A stretch of 64,000 nt of DNA from Planctomycetia bacterium (lineage in GTDB: Bacteria; Planctomycetota; Planctomycetia; Planctomycetales; Planctomycetaceae), in NCBI GenBank assembly GCA_026400935.1, contig JAPLNX010000165.1:2097-66096 (forward strand), written 5' to 3'. The position numbers were made by a program, and so were the translations under genes. Positions within the stretch are counted from its first letter, which is position 1, and each line of letters begins with the position of its first letter. Shown here in pieces: positions 1 to 8,163 of this stretch. Below the pieces are notes generated by a model. That model did no database searches and was not told the DNA's origin. It was given only the letters and a program-made list of their open reading frames with translations.

Positions 1-1250
1 TCACGGCAGCGCAGTGGCTCGCGCTGGGTAAGGAGATCACGACGCCGGATGCCCGCGCGCCGCAGATTCAGGGGAAAGTGATTGCCGTTCTGACTGCGAC
101 AACGAAAGCGGCCGCAGCGAAGCTCGCGACGGCGAATCAACCGGCGGATGCAGAGACGCAGGCGTTGCTCAGCGGGTTGAACGAATTCATTCTCCGCACC
201 GACTGGCATGCGAAGCTCGGCAAGACGACGGCGGACATTGCGGCAGTCGTCGATAGCAAAGTGATCTCGTTCGCGATTGCCGATTATCACGAAGACCCGA
301 AGCAGTGGTCTGACGTGGAATCGCGCATGTTTTTGCGGCTGTTGCTTGAGCATGCGTTTGCGAACGCAATGCCGCGTCGCAACGCGACAGCGGGGCCGCG
401 ACGAACATTGAGTTATCTCGGACGTGGCGACTATTTCGGCGAGATGGGATTGATGACCGGCGAACCTCGTTCAGCGACGATCTACGCTTACGACCATCCG
501 GACGGTGGCGCGAACATGCGTGTGCCGGACTCGCGCACGGGTGCGGTGCCGTCACGTGTTGAGTTAGTGAAGATCAGCAAGGAAGCGTTTCAAAAGCTTT
601 GTGCTCAATCACCAAAGGTGAAGGCCCGCGTCGAAGAGATGATTGTGAAACGCCGCGCGTTCTCCGCACAGCAGATCAAATCGGATGCTTCCGAATTGAT
701 TGCGAGTCACGCTCAATCGCCGGAGTTCGAGCAGCTTGGTTTGATTCAGGGCCAGAAGCTGATGCTGATTGATCTCGATCGTTGCACTCGCTGCAATCAA
801 TGCGTGGAAGCATGCGTCGCGGCTCATGACGACGGTCACACGCGGCTGTATCTCGATGGGCCGCGTTTCGAGAATTTTCTCGTGCCGATCTCGTGCCGAT
901 CGTGCCTCGATCCAGTTTGCATGATTGGTTGCCCGGTTGGGTCGATCAATCGAGGCGACAAGGGTGAGATCGTTATCGAAAACTGGTGCATCGGCTGCGG
1001 CATGTGTGCGGAGCAATGTCCGTATGGCTCGATCGTGATGAACCCGTTGACCAAACCCGCCGATCTTAGTCCTGAAGCACGGAAGGCGCTCGGTGCGGAA
1101 GCGAAGATGAGCACAATCACCGAACAAGCGGTCGTCTGCGATCTGTGTAGCTCGCTCCCCAGTCAAGATCCTTCGTGCGTTTATGCCTGTCCGCACGACG
1201 CGGCGATGCGAGTCCATGCTCAAGACTACTTCATGAGCGGAAAGAGATAG
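1..1250 (+). CDS. cyclic-nucleotide-binding domain / four-cluster [4Fe-4S] ferredoxin fusion protein (5' end outside window)
   Basis: The reading frame is open from nt 3 to the TAG at 1248-1250, so track ORF 78..1250 is only the first in-window start. It has a cNMP phosphate-binding cassette GRGDYFGEMGLMTGEPRSATIYA. It has four Cys groups, CTRCNQCVEAC, CRSCLDPVCMIGCP, CIGCGMCAEQCP and CDLCS...CVYACP, as in NrfC/DmsB-type ferredoxins. Confidence 0.8.
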   Translation, partial: TAAQWLALGKEITTPDARAPQIQGKVIAVLTATTKAAAAKLATANQPADAETQALLSGLNEFILRTDWHAKLGKTTADIAAVVDSKVISFAIADYHEDPKQWSDVESRMFLRLLLEHAFANAMPRRNATAGPRRTLSYLGRGDYFGEMGLMTGEPRSATIYAYDHPDGGANMRVPDSRTGAVPSRVELVKISKEAFQKLCAQSPKVKARVEEMIVKRRAFSAQQIKSDASELIASHAQSPEFEQLGLIQGQKLMLIDLDRCTRCNQCVEACVAAHDDGHTRLYLDGPRFENFLVPISCRSCLDPVCMIGCPVGSINRGDKGEIVIENWCIGCGMCAEQCPYGSIVMNPLTKPADLSPEARKALGAEAKMSTITEQAVVCDLCSSLPSQDPSCVYACPHDAAMRVHAQDYFMSGKR

Positions 1251-1251
1251 C

Positions 1252-3063
1252 GTGTTAATCGACCGCACACACAACCGATGGTTCATGCTCTCGACGGCGA
1301 TCGTTGCGATCGGGGCAGTGGCGTATTCTGTCGAACGGTTGTCGCCACACGGAGCGACCGGTGGCAGCGTGTTGGGGTTAATCTTCGGCATTGTCGGTTC
1401 TGTGTTCATGGTCATTGCCGCGTTACTGGCGGTTCGCAAGAGGTTGCCGACTTGGCGAGTCGGTTCGGCAAAAGCATGGCTGCGAGCACATCTGTGGTTG
1501 GGAACGGTCGGCTTTGTGTTGATCTTGTTTCATTCCGGTTTTGGTTGGGGTGGGTTGCTCGAAAACTTGCTGTGGATTTCGTTTGGTCTCGTTGTCGTGA
1601 CCGGCTTTGCGGGGCTCGCACTGCAACAAGTGATTCCAAAGTTGCTCAGGTCCGAAGTGCCGCTCGAAACGTTCGTCGCACAGATTTCGTTTCTTGCCAA
1701 GACGATGTTGTTCCGAGCGGATCAATTGGTGGCCATGCAAACCGGGCCGCTCGATGTTCCGTTTGAAAAGCTGACTCCGTTTGCGACTGCTGTGCTCAAG
1801 CAACAAGGGGTCTTGAAGCGCGAGTCTGATTTGCCGAAGGAACTCGCGAAGGTTTACGCGAACGTTCCGCAGCCCGAAGGTGAAAAGAAGGGGCATACCG
1901 CTGAGAAGCCTGTAGCGGCTCCGAAGCTCACGGCAACCGAGACACCCGTCGCGGCAACGCCCTCTGCTGCGGCGACGTCAGCGAAACCGACGAGCGAGCA
2001 AGCGGCTCCCGTAACGAAGTCGAAATCGCCGTTGCAATTGATGCAGGAAAAGAAAGCCGCCGCCGCGAAGGAAACAGAGTCGAAAGAAGTCGCGAGCGTG
2101 CCCGCAGGTTCGGTTGCTGAAGCGACTGCGGCAAAGCCGAAATCGCCGCTCGAACTGATGCGTGAGAAAACGGCCGCGAAAGCTGCTGCTGCCGGTCCCG
2201 AAGCAACGACTGAACCTGTCGCAACGCCGGCTGCTCAGCCGAGCGAGAAGAAGCTGTCGCCGCTTGAACTGATGCGAGCGAAGCAGGGGGCGAAACAAAG
2301 TCCGACTGCTGATACCAGCGAATCACCTGTGAATGAAACTGTTGCCGAGCGGCCGAGCGAGAAAAACCTTTCGCCAGTTGAAGCCATGCGGGCAAAGTTG
2401 TCCGCGGCAAAAGGCTCACCGTCTGACAAGCCTGCGGAGACACCGAAGCCGCTGACCGTCGCGGAGAAGTTTGCGACTGGGCAAGTAATCCCACTGGCGA
2501 GCGAGGCGGCGTCAGCCCCCCAGTCTGTTGAGCAAAGTCCCGTACTTGTTGAACAGAGTCTCGTGTCTGATGAGCAAGCCACCGGGGGGCTGACGCCGCC
2601 CCGTTCGCCAAGTGCTGTTGCTGCTCCGCCGATCGTCAAGAAGCCGTTGCCGATTTCCAAGCCAGTCGCAAGTGCGGAAAATGTGGCTGCAACAAGTGCG
2701 GCTGCGAAGCCCCAGCTTGTCGTTATCTCGCCCATTCAAATCGCCGAATTGCGTGACTTTCATTTGAAGATCGTGCGACCGTACTTGGACAGAGGGATTT
2801 CGCCGCAGCATGGTTTAAATGAGTCAATCACCGCTCGAAGATTGTTCGGTCAGTTGAAATCCGACTTACCCGCGGAGTTGCATGAAGTCCTAGAACAGCT
2901 CGCAAGCTGCTGTGAAGAACGTCGGCAATTCGCCGTTCAAAAGCGACTACATCGTTGGCTGCATTGGTGGCTGATTCTGCACATCCCGCCGTCGATCGCC
3001 ATGTTGGTATTGTTTGTCGCTCACGTTTTGATGTCGCTGCGAGTGGTCCCGTTTGGAAGGTAG
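1252..3063 (+). CDS. integral membrane protein with two His-x13-His helices (cytochrome-b / ferric-reductase-like), split by a ~440-aa low-complexity linker
   Basis: GTG start lies 1 nt after the upstream stop. There are four N-terminal TM helices and one C-terminal TM helix. His80/His94 lie in RAHLWLGTVGFVLILFHSGF and His577/His591 in LILHIPPSIAMLVLFVAHVLM. The middle is rich in Ala, Pro, Ser, Lys and Glu. Confidence 0.75.
   Translation: MLIDRTHNRWFMLSTAIVAIGAVAYSVERLSPHGATGGSVLGLIFGIVGSVFMVIAALLAVRKRLPTWRVGSAKAWLRAHLWLGTVGFVLILFHSGFGWGGLLENLLWISFGLVVVTGFAGLALQQVIPKLLRSEVPLETFVAQISFLAKTMLFRADQLVAMQTGPLDVPFEKLTPFATAVLKQQGVLKRESDLPKELAKVYANVPQPEGEKKGHTAEKPVAAPKLTATETPVAATPSAAATSAKPTSEQAAPVTKSKSPLQLMQEKKAAAAKETESKEVASVPAGSVAEATAAKPKSPLELMREKTAAKAAAAGPEATTEPVATPAAQPSEKKLSPLELMRAKQGAKQSPTADTSESPVNETVAERPSEKNLSPVEAMRAKLSAAKGSPSDKPAETPKPLTVAEKFATGQVIPLASEAASAPQSVEQSPVLVEQSLVSDEQATGGLTPPRSPSAVAAPPIVKKPLPISKPVASAENVAATSAAAKPQLVVISPIQIAELRDFHLKIVRPYLDRGISPQHGLNESITARRLFGQLKSDLPAELHEVLEQLASCCEERRQFAVQKRLHRWLHWWLILHIPPSIAMLVLFVAHVLMSLRVVPFGR
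2017..2400 (+). repeat. four tandem ~38-aa coding repeats carrying an SPLELMRxK motif
   Basis: SPLQLMQEK (nt 2026), SPLELMREK (2143), SPLELMRAK (2257) and SPVEAMRAK (2371). The motifs start at aa 259, 298, 336 and 374 of the 603-aa protein. Confidence 0.8.
2495..2610. repeat. imperfect 30-bp inverted repeat (27/30) with 56-nt spacer, embedded in frame in a CDS
   Basis: The arm at 2495-2524 (tggcgagcgaggcggcgtcagccccccagt) matches the reverse complement of 2581-2610. Both strands therefore translate to TGGLTPPRSP: the + ORF and the antisense track ORF 1928..2611. Confidence 0.85.
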
Positions 3064-4692
3064 TTGGTCATGCTGCGTTCGAGCCGAGAACTTTCCAGTC
3101 GTCTGAAAATCGACGGGCATAAAAGCCCGGATCGATTTCGTCGCACGACGTGGTGGTTCGCGTTGTGGGCGGGAGTCGGATCGTTGATGTGGCTGTCGTG
3201 GCAACATGTGCAAGGAGAGAACGCGATCTACCAAGCGGGACCGGTCAGTACGCCGCATCGCTTCATCGAGAACAACTGCGAGAAGTGCCACACGACTTGG
3301 ACACCGCTGCAACGTTTGGTCTCGCTCAGCGATGACCGGCACTCCGTCAAGAATCAGAAGTGTGAACTCTGTCATCGCGTGGCCGAACATCACCACAACC
3401 AATCGCCGCGTCACGAAACGATTTCTTGCGCAGTATGCCATCAAGAGCACGACGGAGCCGAGATGCTCCAGCGTCCGAGCAACCGCTTCTGCATCGCGTG
3501 TCACTCCAAATTGGATTCGCTAGCTCACCCGAACGATTTGCAAGACGAGTCCGTCAAACCTGCCGAGACGTTTGCAAGTAACGTGACTCAGTTCGATCTC
3601 GCCGGCGGACATCCGGAGTTCCGTTTGAAGACACTGCTCGTGCCAGAACACGCGGACGAGAAGCCTGCGAAAGAACACGGAGCGCTCCGCACAGTTGAGC
3701 ATTTTCAGCGACCCGGTGAGACAGAATCGAAATGGCAAGATCGCGGTCGCATTCGGTTCAATCATGCCGCGCACTTGAAGGCCGAACGTGACGCGAAAGG
3801 TGAGTTGGTTTACGGCCTTATCGGCAAGGATCGCAAATTCATCGATTTGTCTCAAAGCTGCGAAAAGTGCCATGAACCAGACAACGAACGGCGCTTTATG
3901 AAGCCGATCTCATTCGAACGACATTGCGGTGAATGTCATCCGCTGCTGTTCGATCACCAACGCTTCCCCGGCCAAAGTGTGCCTCATCAGACGCCCGACA
4001 TCGTGCGTGGTTTCTTGACGGAGACTTACACACTGCAAGCGTTGAAGAACGAAGCGGTCGGCGGATCAGCAAATGAAACCTCGACGAAGAAATCCGAACT
4101 GCCGCGATCAATTCCGGGGCATCGCGATTTTCAGAGTGATTCACAAAAGCTATCGAAAGATCAAGCTCAAAGAGTCGATGATGCTGTCAATCAAGCGGAA
4201 GTAATCATGCAACAGCATCGCCACCGACAGTTCGGATACGAAGCGACCGGCGGATGTCGTTACTGCCATCAAGTCGAGCCGACGGCTGAAAAAGCAAACG
4301 CCGACAAGCCGACAGTCTCGCGTGCCGATTGGAAAATTGTCCCGACCAACATCCCGCAACGGTGGCTGGCACACGGTGAGTTTCATCATGGATCACATCG
4401 CTTGCTGAATTGCGCGGTATGTCACGTCGATGTCGAGAAAAGTAAGAGCACCGGTGACGTGCTAATCCCGTCGATCAATGTCTGCCGCGCGTGTCACTCG
4501 GCTGACCCGTCGCTGTGGTCGGACGCGTTGAACTCCAAGAGTTCAGGCAATGAGTCGCCAAGCCGACTGTCAGAGCACAGCGTGAAAGAACTTTTGGCAA
4601 AGAGTCGGCAAGGTGCGCGCTTCGATTGCATCGAGTGCCACCGCTACCACAACCACCACGGAGAAAAATTGAACGGGCCGTTTACGAGATAG
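3064..4692 (+). CDS. membrane-anchored decaheme c-type cytochrome
   Basis: Ten CxxCH motifs: CEKCH, CELCH, CAVCH, CIACH, CEKCH, CGECH, CRYCH, CAVCH, CRACH, CIECH. N-terminal TM anchor TTWWFALWAGVGSLMWLSW. The start abuts the upstream stop (TTG 3064, alternative ATG 3070). Confidence 0.9.
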   Translation: MVMLRSSRELSSRLKIDGHKSPDRFRRTTWWFALWAGVGSLMWLSWQHVQGENAIYQAGPVSTPHRFIENNCEKCHTTWTPLQRLVSLSDDRHSVKNQKCELCHRVAEHHHNQSPRHETISCAVCHQEHDGAEMLQRPSNRFCIACHSKLDSLAHPNDLQDESVKPAETFASNVTQFDLAGGHPEFRLKTLLVPEHADEKPAKEHGALRTVEHFQRPGETESKWQDRGRIRFNHAAHLKAERDAKGELVYGLIGKDRKFIDLSQSCEKCHEPDNERRFMKPISFERHCGECHPLLFDHQRFPGQSVPHQTPDIVRGFLTETYTLQALKNEAVGGSANETSTKKSELPRSIPGHRDFQSDSQKLSKDQAQRVDDAVNQAEVIMQQHRHRQFGYEATGGCRYCHQVEPTAEKANADKPTVSRADWKIVPTNIPQRWLAHGEFHHGSHRLLNCAVCHVDVEKSKSTGDVLIPSINVCRACHSADPSLWSDALNSKSSGNESPSRLSEHSVKELLAKSRQGARFDCIECHRYHNHHGEKLNGPFTR

Positions 4693-4712
4693 AAAAAGAC
4701 CTGACCACGTTG

Positions 4713-4771
4713 GTAGGACGGGCACTCCTGCCCGTCATCTGACTTTCGACGAGCAAGAGTGCCCGTCCTAC
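4713..4771. repeat. REP-like palindromic element / probable terminator hairpin
   Basis: gtaggacgggcactc (4713-4727) pairs with gagtgcccgtcctac (4757-4771). An inner hairpin gacgggca-ctcc-tgcccgtc lies at 4717-4736. The element sits directly after the decaheme gene. Confidence 0.8.
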
Positions 4772-4814
4772 AAAATCTGAACGCCCACCTTAGGTCGGCA
4801 GCAACTCCACCACG

Positions 4815-6377
4815 ATGTCGCACTTTGCTCCTTTACGTCTGCTGAGCCTAATAGTCGTCGCTGCGATCCTGTTCGCGGCGTTGGGGCGGGAGCGTGTCCA
4901 GACGGCTCCGCCGAACGAATCCAAAGCCAAGATAACAGCAACTCCGCGACTTGTAGGCAGCGCGTCCTGTGCGGCGGCGGCCTGTCATGGTGGGCTGGGC
5001 GGACAGCCGATTGTGGGCGCTGAATACTCCATTTGGTCACAGCGTGACCCGCATTCGCGAGCGTACTCGGTCTTGTTGAATGATCTGTCGCAGCAGATGG
5101 CGAAACGCTTAGAACTCAAACAACCGGCGCATGAGTCTGCCGTTTGCTTGAACTGTCATTCGCCCGTGACGACGACTGCGGAGAAGGCTGTGATGCAGTC
5201 AGCACCGGTTCGCGAACAGCATCTGATCGAGGGTGTCAGTTGCGAGCACTGTCACGGCCCGGCAGAGCATTGGTTGACCGCTCACGTCCGCAAAGATTGG
5301 AAGCCTCGCTCGACTGATGAGAGGCTACGACTTGGATACCGCGACCTGACAGACGTGCTCTCGCGAGCCAACTTGTGCGTCGATTGCCACGTCGGCGGGC
5401 CGGGTCGCGACGTAAATCACGACCTCATTGCGGCTGGGCATCCCCGTCTGTTCTTTGAACTCTCTGCCTTCCACGCCAACTGGCCAAAACATTGGCCAAG
5501 AGAGCTCGTAGGTCGGGCACCCCTGCCCGACCACACAAGCCCGACACGCAAGCGAGGGGTCGAGGAAACAGGGAACGGTAACCAGGGAACAAGAAGCGAG
5601 CAGCGTGCCTCTTCTTTTGAAGCAAAGTTGTGGGCCGTCGGCCAAGTCGTGACGGCTCAGCGTTCGTTGGAGTTGTTGTCTCAGCGTGCGGCGCATGCCG
5701 ATGCAAACCCATCAGCAAATTGGCCTGAATTGGCGGAATGGAATTGCTTCGCCTGCCATCACGATTTGCAAGCCGGCAGTTGGCGTCAGGCACGGGGTCC
5801 GTTAGCGAATGTCAGCCGCGTTAAAGATTCGTTCGTGGGAAACGCTTGGCCGTATGCATTGATTGAACCGCTGGCGATCACGACGAATCATGCGGAACTA
5901 GTCGGTGAGAAATCGTTATGGCAGCCTTTGCGTTCATTGATTGCCAAGTCCGCTCCGCCGCCTGTGCCAATTCAAAAACAGGCTCTAATGATTGCGGCCG
6001 AGCTTCGGGCTTGGGCAAAAGACTTAAATCATCGTGACACCGCCGAACAGCATTTCTCAGCGGCGGCCATCGACAAGCTACAACTCAGTCTGCTTGGTGA
6101 TGTTGGAGCAAAGCTGGTGGCCCAAGACTGGGACTCGGCCACGCAATTGATGCTGGCGCTGACGTCGCTGCATCACGCCAGCATCGCTCTGCGGACGGCA
6201 ACAACTCCGGTGGACGAGCAACGTGATCGCGAGATTCATGCAGTGATCGACTCAATGAATGAGACTTTGAACTTTCCATTGGGGTTTCAAAGCCCACGCG
6301 ATTTCGCAGACAAACCGATCGAACGTTTGCAAACGGATTTGCTCCGGTTGCGAAAACTGTTGACCTCACCGAAATGA
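4815..6377 (+). CDS. pentaheme c-type cytochrome (paralog 1)
   Basis: N-terminal signal-anchor. Heme motifs CAAAACH (Cx4CH), CLNCH, CEHCH, CVDCH, CFACH. Colinear with the next ORF through SCE.CHGPA, AAGHP, FELS.F...PKHW and WPELA...CFACHHDL. Confidence 0.85.
   Translation: MSHFAPLRLLSLIVVAAILFAALGRERVQTAPPNESKAKITATPRLVGSASCAAAACHGGLGGQPIVGAEYSIWSQRDPHSRAYSVLLNDLSQQMAKRLELKQPAHESAVCLNCHSPVTTTAEKAVMQSAPVREQHLIEGVSCEHCHGPAEHWLTAHVRKDWKPRSTDERLRLGYRDLTDVLSRANLCVDCHVGGPGRDVNHDLIAAGHPRLFFELSAFHANWPKHWPRELVGRAPLPDHTSPTRKRGVEETGNGNQGTRSEQRASSFEAKLWAVGQVVTAQRSLELLSQRAAHADANPSANWPELAEWNCFACHHDLQAGSWRQARGPLANVSRVKDSFVGNAWPYALIEPLAITTNHAELVGEKSLWQPLRSLIAKSAPPPVPIQKQALMIAAELRAWAKDLNHRDTAEQHFSAAAIDKLQLSLLGDVGAKLVAQDWDSATQLMLALTSLHHASIALRTATTPVDEQRDREIHAVIDSMNETLNFPLGFQSPRDFADKPIERLQTDLLRLRKLLTSPK
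5508..5532. repeat. copy of the 4713-type hairpin lying inside the cytochrome CDS
   Basis: gtagg-t-cgggca-cccc-tgcccg-a-c compared with the intergenic gtagg-a-cgggca-ctcc-tgcccg-t-c. The a/t to t/a change is compensatory and keeps the stem. It translates as VGRAPLPD and is followed by TSPTRKRG. Confidence 0.75.
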
Positions 6378-8119
6378 AGACATGCATGGAGAATGCTCCC
6401 ATGAATGATGAGTGGAATTGCTTTGTGTCGCACGCGACTCGAGTGTGTCGATGTCTTGTTGATTGTCGCGCGAACCGCGTGCGCCACATCAGTGTTTTCG
6501 CGTTTTTGTTGCTGATGCCGATGACTTTGATCGCTCAAGACGCGACGGTGAAAAGCTCTAATGGCCAGCGGACGTTTCTTGGAGCGGCCAATTGTGTGAT
6601 GTGCCACAACAACGGTTTGCCCAAAGCCGATGATGCAAATGCGGCGGCGTTGGAGGTTCTCGGTTTCACGGGGCTTGCAAATAACAGTTGGGTGACGTTG
6701 GAGGAATTGAAACTGTGGGCCAATCAAGACAAACACTCGCAAGCTTTCACGTCGCTGTTGAATGAACGCTCGCACCAAATGGGGAAGCTGCTGGGTGTTG
6801 CTGAAATTCATCGCGACAAACGCTGCCTCACTTGTCATACCGCGTACCCGTTGACTGCGATGGGAAATGATCCGCACTTGATCACGCCTGAGTTGGTCAA
6901 GAATCTGCGAGTGACTCAAGGGATTAGCTGCGAAGGTTGTCATTCACCGGCTGGAGATTCTCGCGGAGAGGGTGCTGTGGTGACTGGCTGGTTTCAGCCG
7001 CATGCTCAGCGCGACTTGTGGTGGCTCTTGTCCGCGAAGGATAAGCAAGACAAGTTTGGTTTCACCGATATCCGCTCAGCGACCGCCCGCACGCGGCTCT
7101 GTTTAACGTGTCATCTTGGCAACGCAGCCGAAGGGAAAGTGGTTACTCACGAAATGTATGCCGCAGGACATCCACCGTTGCCGGGCTTCGAGTTATCGAC
7201 TTTTGCAGCTCAGATGCCAAAGCATTGGCGAGATTTCGATAAGAAGTCAGAGGCCGTTCGCGATGAGTTCTTGAAGAAGAACATGGATGATGTCTACGGT
7301 CGCGACTCGTTCAAGCTCGACAACTTGCATGAGACGAACAATGTCCTCGTGGCCGCATTGGTGGCGTTCAGCGAGAATCTCAAACTGGCGTCGGCGCTCG
7401 CAGATGAAACAATGACGATGCCGGTGGCTAAGCCCGATTGGCCGGAGTTGGCTCAGTTTGAATGCTTTGCCTGCCACCATGATTTGAAAGATCGAAGCTG
7501 GCGTCAGCGTCGGACGCTGCGCGGTGCTCCCGGTCGCCCGATGCTACGAGCATGGCCAACAACATTGACGAAGCTGGCGATCAAGCGAGCTGGGCACGAT
7601 CCGAAAGAGTTCGATCAACGCTTGCAGGTGATCGAGAAGTTGCTCAGCGAGCAACCGTTCGGACGTCGCGAGCGTTGGCACGCAACAATCCGCCCGTTGA
7701 CCGATTGGCTCGACGAACAAGCGTTGTCGCTCGAACGGAAACCATTGCCGCGCGAAACGGGCTTCGGGTTACTCCGCGAGATTGCTGTCGTCGCGGAAAG
7801 TGATCTGTGGGATTACGACTCGGCTCGGCAACTCGTCTGGGCCGCGCAAACTTTGCGTCGTGAACTATCGAGCGAGCGCAGTGACGAAGCGCTGCGATCG
7901 AAAGTCGCCGCGTTGGAGACATCATTTGCAGAAATCGAAAAGCTCTTCGTGCTCGATCTGATTCAAGGCCGTAAAGCTCAGCAACAACTGCCCGGTTCAA
8001 CAAAGAGCCGTGAAGTTCAAGAAGTCGACCTCGAAAAGATGCTGCCACCAATCGCCAACTACGATGCAGGAGTCTTTCGCGATCAGTTTCACAAACTGGC
8101 GACGAAGCTTACTCCGTAG
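6374..8119 (+). CDS. pentaheme c-type cytochrome (paralog 2)
   Basis: CVMCH, CLTCH, CEGCH, CLTCH, CFACH. The ATG at 6374 overlaps the upstream TGA (ATGA). An in-frame GTG at 6479 would give a cleaner signal peptide (RHISVFAFLLLMPMTLIAQD), so the start is uncertain. Confidence 0.85.
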   Translation: MKTCMENAPMNDEWNCFVSHATRVCRCLVDCRANRVRHISVFAFLLLMPMTLIAQDATVKSSNGQRTFLGAANCVMCHNNGLPKADDANAAALEVLGFTGLANNSWVTLEELKLWANQDKHSQAFTSLLNERSHQMGKLLGVAEIHRDKRCLTCHTAYPLTAMGNDPHLITPELVKNLRVTQGISCEGCHSPAGDSRGEGAVVTGWFQPHAQRDLWWLLSAKDKQDKFGFTDIRSATARTRLCLTCHLGNAAEGKVVTHEMYAAGHPPLPGFELSTFAAQMPKHWRDFDKKSEAVRDEFLKKNMDDVYGRDSFKLDNLHETNNVLVAALVAFSENLKLASALADETMTMPVAKPDWPELAQFECFACHHDLKDRSWRQRRTLRGAPGRPMLRAWPTTLTKLAIKRAGHDPKEFDQRLQVIEKLLSEQPFGRRERWHATIRPLTDWLDEQALSLERKPLPRETGFGLLREIAVVAESDLWDYDSARQLVWAAQTLRRELSSERSDEALRSKVAALETSFAEIEKLFVLDLIQGRKAQQQLPGSTKSREVQEVDLEKMLPPIANYDAGVFRDQFHKLATKLTP

Positions 8120-8163
8120 TGCGGTAGACAGTGGGGAGAACATTCAATTCGTGAGTAATCCGT

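Noticed and set aside
2017-2400. Periodic ~115-nt repeats considered as a possible CRISPR-like or tandem DNA array
   Set aside because: Only a short peptide motif is conserved, at the amino-acid level, inside an open reading frame. The intervening DNA is not repeat/spacer structured and there are no cas genes.
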